Positions 41,303 to 55,726 of a stretch of 64,000 nt of DNA are shown in pieces. The notes under the pieces were generated by a model. The model worked only from the letters and a program-made list of their open reading frames with translations, was not told the DNA's origin and ran no database searches. Origin of the DNA: Octopus vulgaris (Eukaryota); contig OX597832.1 in NCBI GenBank assembly GCA_951406725.2, forward strand, positions 33,294,001-33,358,000, read 5' to 3'. Position 1 is the stretch's first letter, and every line of letters begins with the position of its first letter. The translations under genes were made by a program, and so were the position numbers.

Positions 41303-41358
41303 TATAAACATATACATATATATATGTGTATATATATATATATGTGTGTATGTTTATA

Positions 41359-41405
<47 letters not shown>

Positions 41406-41648
41406 TTATATAAACATATACATATATATATATATGTATGTACGTATGTATATAACAGACGGTCACAGAGTCTCGTGTGAAAAATCGTTGCCGCACAAAC
41501 TAATAACTAATGAACAAACTTATTTAAGTTTCCGCACGAATGTAGAGAAATTTCACGAAGATTACCCAGTGCGTCTCTGTGTACGTGCAATTGTGTATTT
41601 GCACGTGGTATATAAGAATGGGGGAGTGAATGTATCTCTCTTTCGCTT

Positions 41649-41684
<36 letters not shown>

Positions 41685-41865
41685 ACTCTTTTTGTCAGTC
41701 TGTACGTATATAGATATATATACACATACATACATATATGTATATAGGTATGTATAGACACATATGCATAATATTCATGATGTATATGTGTATTGTTTTC
41801 AATAAATGTGCTTGTGTGCATGTTAATGAAATATATGCTTATATGCATGAATATATGAATATACA

Positions 41866-41909
<44 letters not shown>

Positions 41910-42148
41910 CATATGTATGTGTTTGTGTGTGCGTTTTAACACATACACATGCACACACATATATGTATATATATAAGCATATATATGTATATATATATAT
42001 ATATATATACATACATACATATATATATATGTATGTATAATGAATATATGTATATGTATGATGTATATATGTACATATTTATGCATAGTAGCTGCAGTAT
42101 GCATACATGCATATGTATCTGCACAAATAATTTTGTGTGTTTGTGTTT

Positions 42149-42231
<83 letters not shown>

Positions 42232-42250
42232 TTGTGTGTGTGTGTGCACA
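40990..42250. repeat. Dense compound (CA)/(TA)/(TC)/(TG) microsatellite field
   Basis: Directly visible. Confidence 0.9.
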
Positions 42251-42775
42251 TCACATATTTATATCATCTTCGCACTCAATTTCTCCTCAATAGATTTAGT
42301 AATATTGATCAGGTTCTTTTGTTTGCCCTCACATTTGTCACCATTCTCCAATTTGTTACAGACCTTCCAATACAAATCATGCATTCGAAGCCTTATATGG
42401 AAAAATCTGCAAACATTGGGAAGAAAAGCGAGCCATTGATTTTCCATATCCTTGCTAAAAATTGAATTTGCTAATGTTGGTTAGTCTCTGTGACGTACTG
42501 ATATTTGCTTTGTTATTTTTGATTGTTATTGCTGTAATTCTCACATCGTTTCCATGCAGCGACTTCACATGCAGCCGCTGCTGCTGCTGATGCTGCTACC
42601 GCTGCTGTTTCTGCTGCTGTTACCGCTACAGCTGCCATTTCTCCTTCTTTTTTAGCTTTTATGCGTGAATTAAACATGCTGACTAATTGATGAGAATATC
42701 TTTGGAAACACTTTCAATCCATGTAAACTACACATGTCGTTGTCGATGTTGTTCATATTATTATTATTATTATTA

Positions 42776-42829
<54 letters not shown>

Positions 42830-43108
42830 CTTTTTTTTTTCTTCTTTCAAATTTGCTTCCATTTCTTGCAGAGTGTCTTCCCGACTCCTAGGGCAAAGAA
42901 ACTCATAGTATACATTGGTAGGCCATTAAACCAAACTCAATAGTTCGTTCATTTTTTTTTTTTTTTTAAAGTTAAATTAAAATACATGAGCAGCAACAGT
43001 TCTCACATCGACAATGCTCTTCTCAATACGTGTGATGTACCAGTTAAGACAATCTTTTGCACTTCTTGCAGGGATGGTAAGCCAGGGATCATTCTCATAT
43101 AATTTTCG
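42830..43108 (-). mobile_element. R4/Dong-type LINE 3' end (second subfamily), in (TAA)n
   Basis: ENYMRMIPGLPSLQEVQKIVLTGTSHVLRRALSM* is homologous to the C-terminus of ORF 55824-56639; (TTA)n on both sides. Confidence 0.8.
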
Positions 43109-43145
43109 GTTATTATTATTATTGTTATTATTAATATTATTATTA

Positions 43146-43242
<97 letters not shown>

Positions 43243-43376
43243 CATTATTATTATTATTATTATTGTTATTATTAATATTATTATTATTTATTATTATTAT
43301 TACTATTATTATTTATTATTATTACTATTAATATTATTATTTATTATTATTATTATTATTATTACTATTAATATTA

Positions 43377-43433
<57 letters not shown>

Positions 43434-43434
43434 T
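43109..43434. repeat. Long (TTA)n array
   Basis: Directly visible. Confidence 0.95.
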
Positions 43435-43662
43435 AAGGCAACCAACTGGCAGAATCGTTAACACTCCGAGCAACTTGCTGAGTGTCATATCATTCGTGTA
43501 CACATTGTGAGTTCAAATATCTCCGATGCCGACCTTGCTCTGCATCCGTTTCGGAATCAATAAAATGAGTACCAGTTATGCACTTGGGTTGGTGTAATCG
43601 ACACACATCCTCCCCCGAAATTGGTGGCACTGCGTCAAAATTTGAAACTATGATTATTATTA
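43435..43662 (+). mobile_element. SINE family B, near full length
   Basis: aaggca..ctggcagaatcgtta...gagttcaaat...gccgaccttgc..tgcatcc...taaaatgagtaccagtt...tgtaatcgac...gattattatt. Confidence 0.75.
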
Positions 43663-43708
43663 CTACCAATATAACTACACGTCTTATGTAGCTGAAATAC
43701 GAGCAACT

Positions 43709-43824
<116 letters not shown>

Positions 43825-46679
43825 TGCAGTAGTAGTTGTAGTAGTAGTTGTAGTAGCAGCAGCAGCAGTACAATGGAGCGTGCAGGCAGTATCGTTTGAG
43901 CGCTGGAGATTATACCTTGTAACATTTGTTGTGGGTCTTTTTAAATTTATGTCTAAATTAATTTTACCTTCCATTCTTTCGGGGTTCATGACAATAAAGT
44001 TCCAATTTGGTAACAGAATTAGTAAAACCTTTTTACCAACCAGCCCTTTGAGCCTGTGTCTGAATTAGAAACCATTATTTAGAGGGTGTAATAACTTTGG
44101 TCGTTAAAATTTATGCGCCTTTTAAATGTGATATTTAAGTACTGAGATCGAAGAGGGACATGAAATGCATTGATGTTGAACATTAGCAAAACTTGTCACT
44201 TTTTATTGAGCAACCACTGAGGTGTTACGTATAACAGCTTCATGGGAACAGTTTTAGTGTCAGCCATGATAGGATTCGATCACATAACACTGAGATAAAA
44301 CACACAGAGTGTCATAAATACCGCAATAAATTACGTCCATGCAACGCTTGGTTCCTATTTCTAGCCATCTTAATACACTCATCTAATATTATTCCTCTAT
44401 ATTCCCGAACATAACTAACCCGACGCCATGTTGCCTTAAATCCGATTACGTAAAAAGCACGCGATGTACTTAATGTCTATTTCTGCTTTATTTATTATAC
44501 TCTCTGTTCCTACTTAATTCCTGGGAATATTCAGCTACAGACCAATTGAATAAACAACCATGTTTTTTTTTTCCTCTTTTATTTGGTTTGTTGAATTCAA
44601 TTCTCTTCTTACGACTCCAAAACAAACGTCGAATTCCCGGGTTTCTTCGCTCTACAGAACATGATATATTCTAAATACTCTGCATAATATGAGACCTAAA
44701 GTAAATCAGACTTTAATCGAACTGAATTTGATGTGAAACCATCTCTCAGACTTCGTTTTCACCTAATCTTAGAGTTATTATTCAGTGTAACTTATCCTTC
44801 GGCGACAAAATTTTAGACTTTGGTTGAAATTGTTGCGTAATTCTAATAATTCACATCACGTGGGTATCATGTGAAGTAAAGGCGTTTATTCGTTCTGTAG
44901 AGCATAACACATACTATAAAATGACTATTTAACAAAACTTTTAGAATGCTAACTAGATGGCTTTCATCAAATCTCGCCGTCTGTCGACGCTGTGGGTTGA
45001 GATAACGACCAGATAATCTTTCGTTTTTATTCATTTAGCATTTCTAAACAAATTACCAATTCTATAAAGCTTTTATTTCTTCCTTTCTCTCAATCATTCT
45101 CTTCTGAATTAATCGTTTCTGGTGAAACATATAGAGGAGCTAGGTTCTCCAATGCAGTATATAAAAGGGCTCCGATGCCGTTTGTCACAACGGTTTCCCT
45201 GTGATTGCATCATGGGTTCACAACCCAAGGCAAGACTATCTCACTATGATACATATAAACATGATATTTCTTTTTTGTTTTGCTAAAATATACTTCCCAT
45301 CCCATTATTTGTTGTAATTTCTCTGGTATCTTTTAAAGTTATACACAAGACTACAACTGAGAAGAATTTCCAAACAAATAATTTTATCTGCGGTTTATAG
45401 TATTCCATGGCGTCCACCACATATCAATCGCTGTTTGATAACTAATTTTATAGACAGGATCCGAGTAATGAAGATAAATATTTCATAAACTTTGTAACAA
45501 AAGATTTAGTTCAAGCCTACGCTTGGGTGAAGTGATAGGAGCATAAATCAAGTGAAATACATTCAACATAGCAGATAATTTATTGCATCCTAGGTTTCCT
45601 AGGAATCTTGGTTTTGCTAAAAAAATGTTACTAATAGTCTGTACTAAATATTTGGAATAACATTTCAACAGACACCAAATTCTGCATTTTAGTTAAAGAT
45701 GCAAACATTTATTTCAATGAGTCGTCTTTCTAAGGACACCATATTATGACAGAATCTTCATATCCAAGACAGCGAGCTTTTGAGGTCACTGTCTTTGATA
45801 CCCAACTGACTGTCTCATACTCGCACTGATAAACACCAAACTCTAACCCAGAGGTTACTGTGCCTCTTCTCATTGCCAATTCTACTGCTACTATAATGCT
45901 CTCGGCTCCTTGCAGATCGCTGTGTATCTCTCACCAGCACTCAAGCATTCTTCAACGTTTCATGTCTTACCCTTCTTATTTAGTAATCTTTGCCCTATCT
46001 ACCCCCATGATTCTCTCGGGAATCACACAGGAAGCCGTTTAACCCACCTCACTAAGATTTACCCCTTTTATTCTTACCCACGTCTCTCTTTCCTACAGCT
46101 GATGATCTGCAAATGGACCATTAACATCATCAATCTCACCCATGTTGGAGGAACTGCAAGCACCACGGATACTGCTCTTTCGTTTCCAACAAATAGGTGA
46201 AAAATACAATGGTCGAATCTGTAAGTAGGGTCCCGTTGGTTGCTTTTGTTGTGGTTGTTGTTGTTACTACATAGCATGAGGCATTAGTCCCCATAGTAAG
46301 GATTTATGATTAAAAGTATTCCATCGGTGACAAAACGGATATATACTTTCTGGATATCCTTAATAAAGAAACGTATTTATGAATATGTGTTCCGCTTACT
46401 CAGACTCCAGGATGCAATTTGGAGGAGAGCCAACTGCCAGGTCGACGAAATCGAACAGTAAATTGGAGGAGAGGAAATCGAACAGTATATTGAAAGAGAG
46501 GAAACAGCGTGAAGCCTTCTTCATGGCGATTGAGAAAGTCCTTCCGAGGAATTCATTTTCTGCGAGATTTACATCTTTGCTTCCGCTGCTGTAGAGTGCT
46601 AACAATCACCCGTGCCCTGATTGTTATCAAGTAGAATATACTTTGTTTATATACATACATACACACATATATATACATA

Positions 46680-46751
<72 letters not shown>

Positions 46752-47777
46752 CATACATATATATATATATAGAGAGAGAGAGATATATTTACATATAAAT
46801 GTGTGTGTGTATATATATATACATATACATACATATATATATATATATATATATTCTGTTTTCATCTTCTATCTCAAACATCCATAAACAATAAAGAGTG
46901 TTTAAAATTCTTCAAAGCCTTCGGAACTTGAAAAATAATGATGATGAAGAGGGGAAAGAAAAAATACTATTATATTTTTTCCGAAATGCATTATAAACAC
47001 AAAATCGTTTTATCGGGCTAATGTGTATTTACCATTTCATCCCCTTCAGTTATATCACATTTTATATTCCAGCGAATAGCGGCGGCGGCGGTGGTGAACA
47101 AATATTTCCCATGTTTTTCCGTGTTTTGTTTTTTCGTCTTCGCCCTCACACCCTCGAATACGTCGATTTTATAATTCCTACCATCGCTTCACGTTAACAG
47201 GGAAGAGAAGTCATTGATCACATACTATTAGCAACATTCGCATCAACCCTTTTCGCAGTTATTATTGTTTTTTTTTCTTTTGGTGCGGAGTTTCACGTTT
47301 GATGTTGGAAAAGCAGTTAGCTAAACAATTTCCATTCTTCACTTGGCGCAGTAAAAATTGTTCATTCTTAATGAGCAATTTATCTTCTATTTTATAGTAT
47401 CAGTTATATTTTAAATAACGATTGTCCTCTTTCTAATATTCCTGTGAAACATAGCACTGCTTCAGAGCTACTATGTGTGTGTGTGCCTGTGTCCGTGTGC
47501 ATCTGCGTGGGTGTGCATATGTGTGTCTGTGTGTGCATCTGCGAGTTTGTATACTTACATATATATACATATATATACACACACGCATAAATATATAAGT
47601 ATCTCTCTATATATATGTATATATATATATATATATGCATATATATATATAGATATATATATATATATAGATATATATATATGAATATATATATATATAT
47701 ATATATACATATGCATATGTATATATATGTATATATATATACATATATATATATATACGTTTTTATATATATGTATG

Positions 47778-47847
<70 letters not shown>

Positions 47848-48417
47848 GAGAGAGAGAGAGAAATGTTATCAAATGGGAAACATTATCATATATTTTTTTT
47901 GTTTTCTGCTTATTTGACATCTCATTTTTGGCACATCTTCATTTCGTTTCGTTATTATGATTACTGTTATTGCTGTTTTGTTATTGCTGTTGTTGTTGTT
48001 GTTGGTGTTGTTTCTTTTCATATTGTCAGTTAACCACTGGCCAACTCTGAATTCGGAAGCACTTACTAAAACATTGCAGTGCTAATTTCATCACAGATGT
48101 TTACGAAGAAGAGTGCATTCAGCTCCAGCCTGTGTTTGTATTTCCTGCTCCAGTGTTTCTAAGGTGTGATTAAAGGGAGAAATGGCTGTTATTTCCAGGA
48201 AATACAAACATGATATACAAGTTCCTTCGTAGTATATTACCTTTTCTAAATTTGGTTAAGTTATAACATCATTTCTTTATCAAGAGTGGTTTCGCATTAA
48301 TGAACTTCATTCTATTTCGCGCTCACAATATTTAATTGGTTTATTTTATTTCATGACTTACTTGCGGGGACGGACACACACACACACACACACACAAACA
48401 AACGGAAATATACGTAC

Positions 48418-48560
48418 ATAGGAGAGGATGTGTTGTACGAAAATTGCCTCCCAAGCACATGGTTACGGTTTCGGTCCCACTACGTGGAAAATGTCTTCTA
48501 ATATATTGTCAGGCCGATCAAAAGCTTGTGAATGGATTTCGTAGAGGAAATTTGATAGGT
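48418..48560 (+). mobile_element. SINE family A 5' half (interrupted copy)
   Basis: cacatggttacggtttcggtcccactacgtgg..tgtcttcta...ggccgatcaaaagcttgtgaatggattt matches 38030-38150. Confidence 0.7.
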
Positions 48561-48568
48561 GTTCATCA

Positions 48569-48716
<148 letters not shown>

Positions 48717-48749
48717 TGTATATACATATATAAATATACGTATATATAC

Positions 48750-48800
<51 letters not shown>

Positions 48801-48849
48801 CATATATGTGTGTGTGTGTGTGTGTATTTATATTTATATTATATTTTTA

Positions 48850-50012
48850 TATTTTATCCAGTTTCAGCTCACGAGCTGTGGCCTTGCTGGGGCACTGCCA
48901 TTTGGTATAGCTACATAATTTTACTTCATGATTGCTTTTTAGCAATTGCCATTTGGTGCATGAGAGAGTTTGATGCAGCTGCCCCCATCTGCACCTCCTG
49001 CCGCGAAGTTGGTTCATCTGCGACACTTGACAGTAAGAAGTCCAGTTTCATTTTGAAGACACTTACTTCCACCCCATGCAGGTCTCTCAGGTTCTTCGGG
49101 AGGATATTGAAGAGCTGTGGACCTCTGAAGCCCAGGCTATTGCAGTATCTTGTCCTACATTTTGATGGCAAATTTGGAGTCCTTAGCACTATGCAGTGGC
49201 GCCTAGTTCTAGTATTTGTGTAACTCTCGATGCCAAAGTTTCTTCCAGGTGTATATTATGGCATATCTTTCTCGCCTACGCTCTAAGGAATATAATCTTA
49301 ATCTCTTGAGTCTTTCCCAATAGCTTATATAGAGGGTATATTCTTCGTGTACTTTCGCTGGATTGCCTCATGTTCTGAGATTAATTTGACACTGGTTGGT
49401 GACCATAGCTGAGAGCAATAGTCAAAGTGGCTTAGGACAAGTGTCCTCCAGAGGACCATCATGGTTTCCTGGTTTCTTGTTCTAAAAGATCTAAGAATCC
49501 ATCATGTCAGCCGGCTTCAATTCATTGCCAATTTAGCAACATGCACATGAAAGGATGCATCATTACTCATGTAAATGCCCAGGTCTCGCACTGATTGTGT
49601 CTCTGGAATTGCAATCCCTCCAGGTGCAGTGTATTTATTGGACATTGCATTTAGTTTCGCATGCTGATAGCACAAGGCTTGAAAATTTTCAGCATTAAAC
49701 TGCATGCTATTCTTTGCAGCCCACTTGTATATTTCATCCAGCTCACATTGCAGGTGCATAGTGTCTTCAGGGTTCTGTATTACCTGTGAGACTTCTGTAT
49801 CATCTGCATAACTTGTGATCTTGGTTCTGTGTGTGGGCTGAGGGCATGTCTGAGAAGGCCATTACGAACAGTAGTGGTCCCAAAACTGTGCCTTGCAGAA
49901 CACAGCTCACTATTTGTGTGTCATTGGAGGTGGCCCCATTGGCTACTACTACCTGACTTCTATCCTTCAGAAAGTCATGAAGCCATTCTCCCAATTTTCC
50001 ACTATGCCATGC
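48850..50012 (-). mobile_element. 5'-truncated CR1-group LINE (RT C-terminal half and 3' tail), pseudogenised
   Basis: [17 protein letters not shown]...[10 protein letters not shown]; YADDT; LQCELDEIYKWA...MQFN; VRDLGI; HFDYCSQLWSP; YWERLKRLRLYSLERRRER; RGPQLFNILP. Frameshifts and stops present. Confidence 0.92.
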
Positions 50013-50037
50013 CGAGATTACGTATATATATGCCGAG

Positions 50038-50138
<101 letters not shown>

Positions 50139-50149
50139 AATATATATAC

Positions 50150-50300
50150 GTATGTATGTTTCTGTGTTTGTCTCCACCACTGCTTAACAGTCAGTGTTGG
50201 TATGTTCACGTCCACATAGCCTAGCAGTTCTGCAACAGAAACCGACGTAATAGTTACCAGGCTCAAAAGAAATAAGTGCTGAGATCGATTCGTTCAAAAC
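50150..50300 (+). mobile_element. SINE family A 3' half (continuation of the 48418 copy)
   Basis: gtgtttgtctccaccactgctt...gttggtatgttcacgtcc...tagcagttc...accaggct...aataagtgctgagatcgatt matches 38245-38375. Confidence 0.7.
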
Positions 50301-50374
50301 ATGGTAAAAAGAAGCACAGAAACCAATGTCAATCCCTCCATTATAAATATGATAAATGTGTATTCTACATGAAA

Positions 50375-50409
<35 letters not shown>

Positions 50410-50411
<2 letters not shown>

Positions 50412-50601
50412 AAGTTAATCCAAACAAGAAAGCACAAAAAAACACAAAAACGCGAGGACGTGGAACAAATATAGTATTATTGGACGTTCAGGAAAGAAGG
50501 AAAGAAGGAGGGTACAACGTTTCGAGCGGAGCTCTTCGTCGGAAACATAGGAGAAGGAAAGATCCAGAGAAGGGAAGACAGAGGAAAACAAATCGCCAAC
50601 C
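50410..50601 (-). mobile_element. Short hammerhead-bearing repeat family H, copy 3
   Basis: Reverse-complement match to 33575-33770; (TA)n on both sides. Motif GTTT CCGACGA A GAGC TCC GCTC GAAACGTT GTAC at 50512-50546. Confidence 0.8.
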
Positions 50602-51233
50602 AATATATATATATATAGATAATATAATTAGTGAATGCGCATGTAGGTAGGTAGTTTCTCGCACCTAAATAAGACACCCTGAATTCTTAAAATATTCAGA
50701 ACATTAACTTTGGTTACATAGAATATCTTCACACCCCTTGTTTTCATTATTTCCTCACCTACCAGATTTGACCGCGGCCTGACCTTGATTTATTCCAACG
50801 GACATTTTTGTCGGCCCCCACCAACCCTCCGATTTCAACGTACATTGAGAAACAGTTTACCCCATGGGCTCCTATGGAGCGTTCTTGTTCGAGTTGCTTG
50901 CTGCGCCTTTGTTTTGTTTGGACATCGTAATTCCTGGATTTTCCTGAAGAGAAAGCTACAATATGGTATCCTTATTCAATCAGAATTTGGAAATTTGTGG
51001 CCTTTGAAACATGTGTAGAATGTAATAAAAGGAATTCTGTAGAATCTTCGTTCAGCTCCATTTCTTCCATTCACTAATTATATTAAACTTAAATTATCCG
51101 CGCCAACGCACGGTTGCAACACCCTATGGTCATAACTCCAACCGTGTTTTTTCTGCTGTGATTTTTGCTACCCAGGTATCGGTTAAACTTTTGAATAATC
51201 CGTAACGAGATAATTCATATTTCCGTTTCAACA

Positions 51234-51270
<37 letters not shown>

Positions 51271-51277
<7 letters not shown>

Positions 51278-51912
51278 ATAAAGGGTGGAATATAATTAAT
51301 TTGATAAAATTAATCAATTTCACCTAGTAGATTTATCGGTATGGAAAAGACCATATTTGGTAAGGGTTATAATAATTATAATTTAGGGTTAATTGAAACA
51401 ATTTGCTCAAAACCACATACCGAAAATATTAGAAATAGCAGCCAAAATTGATCACTATTTCCTCTACTAATAAAAAGTCTCCACTAACAAACAGAATTTG
51501 TAAGCTGTATATGGCAAAAAAGGCAGAAAATAACGAAATCCCAGCCTATGGATTAATTATAGACGAATCGTTTCTGGATTAGAACCGAAGGTTCATTTCC
51601 TTGTCAATAATATATATCCTATAAATCTAGAAATGCTAGGGGAAAATCTCACCCGTTACACCAGCACGACCAGCGACATCGAACGGTCTAACGGAACTGC
51701 TAGCATTCCTACACCTATACAGACATGCGAATTCATATCTCCTTCCAAAATTACCACGTGAGCTACAAAAACATTACCACCCTTTATTGCATATTGAATA
51801 CTTTTGCTCCCTTACAAGTTATCTGCGAATTTTTCGTTTCGTTGGTAATGTTTTTGTAGCTCACGTGGTAATTTTGGAGGGAGATATGAATTTGCATGTC
51901 TGTATAGGTGTA
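51271..51912. mobile_element. Penelope-like 3' remnant with decayed hammerhead and a 70-bp fold-back
   Basis: Minus motif TTGACAA GGA..GAACC TTC GGTTC..TCCA GAAAC GATTC GTC (51557-51612). Arms 51710-51779 and 51843-51912 have 2 mismatches. The 18-mer at 51271-51288 is inverted at 51777-51794. (TA)n at both ends. Confidence 0.6.
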
Positions 51913-53165
51913 TATATAGATATATAATATAGATATATAATATAATACAGAATAATAAATACAATAACATTTTTCGTTTTACATTTAATTCTTTTGTACA
52001 TTTCGACAATAAATGGTCATTATATTTTTACTCGATTCTAAGTGTATAACTCCGATTTGTTTATATACTTGAATCATAAAATGCGATTTCTCTTAAAGTG
52101 GAGTCTAATCGTTTGGAAAAAAGGGCACACTGGTTAGTATCGATCTCGGTGCATTACACTCTGAAATAGAGTACAGAGTGTTGAAACTGGGAACGCGTTA
52201 GGATGTATTCGAAATCGCTATAGTCATAGAGTATCATAATGTTGCGCAAGTCAATACGACACAATGTTTTCTCCATTATCCTTCATATTTCAATTTACCG
52301 AATTGATGATTTATTTTTAATTAATTTGTGAACTTAATTTTTGAAAGATTTGCTTCAATTTAGCATAAAAAATAAACAATCAACTAATGCTTTGATAAAT
52401 CCATCCGGTCGCTTCTGATTGGAAGCATATTATTGCAAGGAAGCTATGAGAATCGGAACATGGTAAATATTTCTTTTACTAGACTTAATATAGAACAAAT
52501 AGAAATTTCCTAATTAGATATGGATTACAAGATTAAAATTTGGAGTTTTTGCGTTATTTATTAAATATCAACCAAAAAATTGACAAATAAATGAAACTAG
52601 CACACAGTTAAATGATAATGTAATAACAAATTTTAACATCGAGCAACTTATATACAAACATACATTCATACATACATGTATGTATATATATATATGCGCA
52701 CAAATACATGCATACATATAAAGATTTCTCTCTTTCTCCCTCTCTTTCTCTCTGTATATATAATATGTATGCATGCATATATGTATGTATGCCAATGGAT
52801 CCCAATGAGGCAAAAGACACACAAATGCACACATACTTATAAAGACGCATGCGCAAACAACCGAACGCATCGCAGGAACGCACAAACACAAAATGAATTC
52901 TCCAAATAATGTGTTTATTCAAATTTGTGTTTCGAGTCTCATACTGGGAAATATTAAGACAGAAACAAGAAAAAAAAAAAGACAGAAATTTTAAAAATTA
53001 AACGATCATATAAAATGAAAATTTTCAAAAGTGTACTTTTTTTTTCAATGAAATAATTAGAAATTATCTCTTATCTTCATCAGATATGGAGAACAAAAAA
53101 AATACTTACATACACACATACACAAACACACACATATATATTTTTATATTATTTATATATCCACC

Positions 53166-53216
<51 letters not shown>

Positions 53217-53360
53217 ATGTGTGTGTGTTTGTGTGTGCATGAGCGTGTGTATATATGTATATATATAAATATATATATATATAAATATATATATATATGA
53301 ATATATATATATATATATATGAATATATTTATTTCTTGATATATAGAGAGATATATACGA

Positions 53361-53415
<55 letters not shown>

Positions 53416-53799
53416 CGTGAACGTGTGCGTGTCTGTGCATTTGTATGCTAGTGTGCGGTCGTTTTTCGTACGCAATTTTCTTCAAGTTTTAATATCAAAT
53501 TCCTGTTATTCATCTTATGTTAATATTTGTTTGCTTTTATATATTCGTCGTGTTTTTGCTTTTCTTTTTTTCTTTTTCTGTAATTCTGTTGATGTCGTTG
53601 TTTCATTTGTTTCTTTTCATTGTTTTTCTTTCTTTCTCTTTCCTTTTGCTGCCCCCTCCTTTTTTTTTCTTTAATGTCAGCTTTCATGTTGTTGTGGTTG
53701 TTTTTGTTATTGTTTATCTGGTTTTCGATCTCTTGCATTGAAACCGACTTCAAAGTAAACAAGTGACAAAGTAAACAACGACAAATTTGTGGATGCGGT

Positions 53800-53830
<31 letters not shown>

Positions 53831-53969
53831 AGAAGACGAGGGGGGAAGTGGAGAGAGAGGGAGATAGTCAGAGTGATAGAGAGAGAGAGAGTGAGAGTTG
53901 GAGAGGGTTGAAAAACGTCTTCGGAAGATGAATAATGACAGAATTCAAAATATTCAACATATAAAAATA

Positions 53970-54420
53970 TCATATCGTCATTAACATCGTCATCGTCGTC
54001 GCCGTCATCATCATCATCCTCATCATCATAATCAGCATCATTATCATAATCAGCATCATTATCATCATGAACATCATCATCATCATCATTATCATCATCA
54101 TTATCACCAATATAATCGTCAGCAACATCATTTCTAAAATGATGATGACGTTGATGATGATGACAATGATGATGTTGTGGATCATCCTCGTCATAATTAT
54201 TGCCATCGTCGTCGTCGTCGCTGTCTTTTCCGTCGTCATCGTCTTTTCGTTGTCATCGTAATCGTCATCGTGATCCACATTATCAACACCATCAACGTCT
54301 CCGTCATCATCATCGTCGTCATCATCATCATTATCTCCATCATCTCTAAAACCATCACCACCATTGTTGCCGTCATCATCATCGTTGTCCCGTCGTCATC
54401 ATCCGCATCATCTTTCTCGC
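53970..54420. repeat. Cryptic (CAT/CGT)n array
   Basis: Directly visible. Confidence 0.9.
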
Positions 54421-54744
54421 ATTTCCGCCCACATCGACATTTCCACCGACCTCACGATTAATGCTTCGTTTCTTGATGAGGATAATTAGCATAATCGCTT
54501 ATACTAATTATCCTCATCATCAGCGTGGAGCGAATCATCGCATCCTCATGACCAACAGCTTCATCCGACGCTTCCGGCATTCTAGGATCAAATACCGCTC
54601 ATCTCAATTTTATATTTCATCCTCACACAATGCATGCATTAATGGCCTAGACAAGCACAAGCGCCGAACTAGAGTCACCACTTCTCTATCGTATTCCAGA
54701 CCATTGTATCAAAATTTGTTACTGTTGTCGTTGGTTTTGTTGCC

Positions 54745-54814
<70 letters not shown>

Positions 54815-55339
54815 CATTATCATTATCCTCTTCTTTGGTGGAGTGGGGTTCATTAATACTGGAGGGATAAGGAAAGGCAAAGTGTAACCCTGGTCAGATT
54901 TCTAATTGGAAGACAAGAATGTAGGTGGAATGGCAAACAGAATCCTGTCTGTTTGTTGATTCTGGTTCTATTTGCAAAGTTTGCTGCTCTCTCACCGTTA
55001 CCATAGTAATAAATATTAAACTACCAACTCTACCAGAAAACAATACCTTCATCACCATCAACATCATCGTTTAACATCCACCTTCCACGCTTAGTTTTCA
55101 ATTGTAGGGTTCTCTCTCTCTCTCTCCCTCTCTCTCTCTGTCTCTCCAGCAGAGAAAACCGAGAGAAGGGAAAATAAAGAGGAGAAAAAGAAAAACCTTC
55201 ACAGCGTTAATGCACTTTTCGGTACATGTGACGTATCAGTTAAGACAAACTTTTGCTCTTCCTGCACGTGGTAGACAGACAGTTTATGGGCGAATAGTTT
55301 TGGGGGAATTGCTTTTCATTCTTATGTAGCTAAGCAATT

Positions 55340-55695
55340 TTAATTATTATCATTTGGGGTTCGGTCTAATTCCGGGTAGGATGTATGTAAGTATCAGGTA
55401 ACTACCAGTAACCTTAGGTATCCACAATTTTTCACTAGTTTATCAAGTGCTTAGAACCCTCTTGATAATCTGTACTGTCCCTAAGAGACAAACTTTCTAT
55501 AGGAGATCTAACAGTCATTCTATTTCAATCTCCTTCAGCCATTTCTCTATAGCTTTGCTCACTTTTCCCAACGCACCAATTATTATATGCACGACTTTTG
55601 CTGTTCGCTTGCTCCAAATTCCTCCATTTTAGATTCTAAGGGATTGTATTGTTTGGTTTTTCTTCCTCTTTCTTTATGATCCTGGTAAAATTTGA
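55340..55695 (-). mobile_element. Old R4/Dong-type LINE 3' end
   Basis: Minus translation IIIGALGKVS...KVCLLGTVQIIKRVLST*. Confidence 0.7.
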
Positions 55696-55726
55696 AATCA
55701 TTATTATTATTATTATTGTTATCATT

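Noticed and set aside
45149-45170. CCAAT plus TATATAAAAGG promoter
   Set aside because: Spacing is atypically close and no downstream exon or ORF is evident.
45780-46600. Possible RTE-like and CRE-like LINE tails
   Set aside because: Only faint few-residue resemblance; not supportable without a search.
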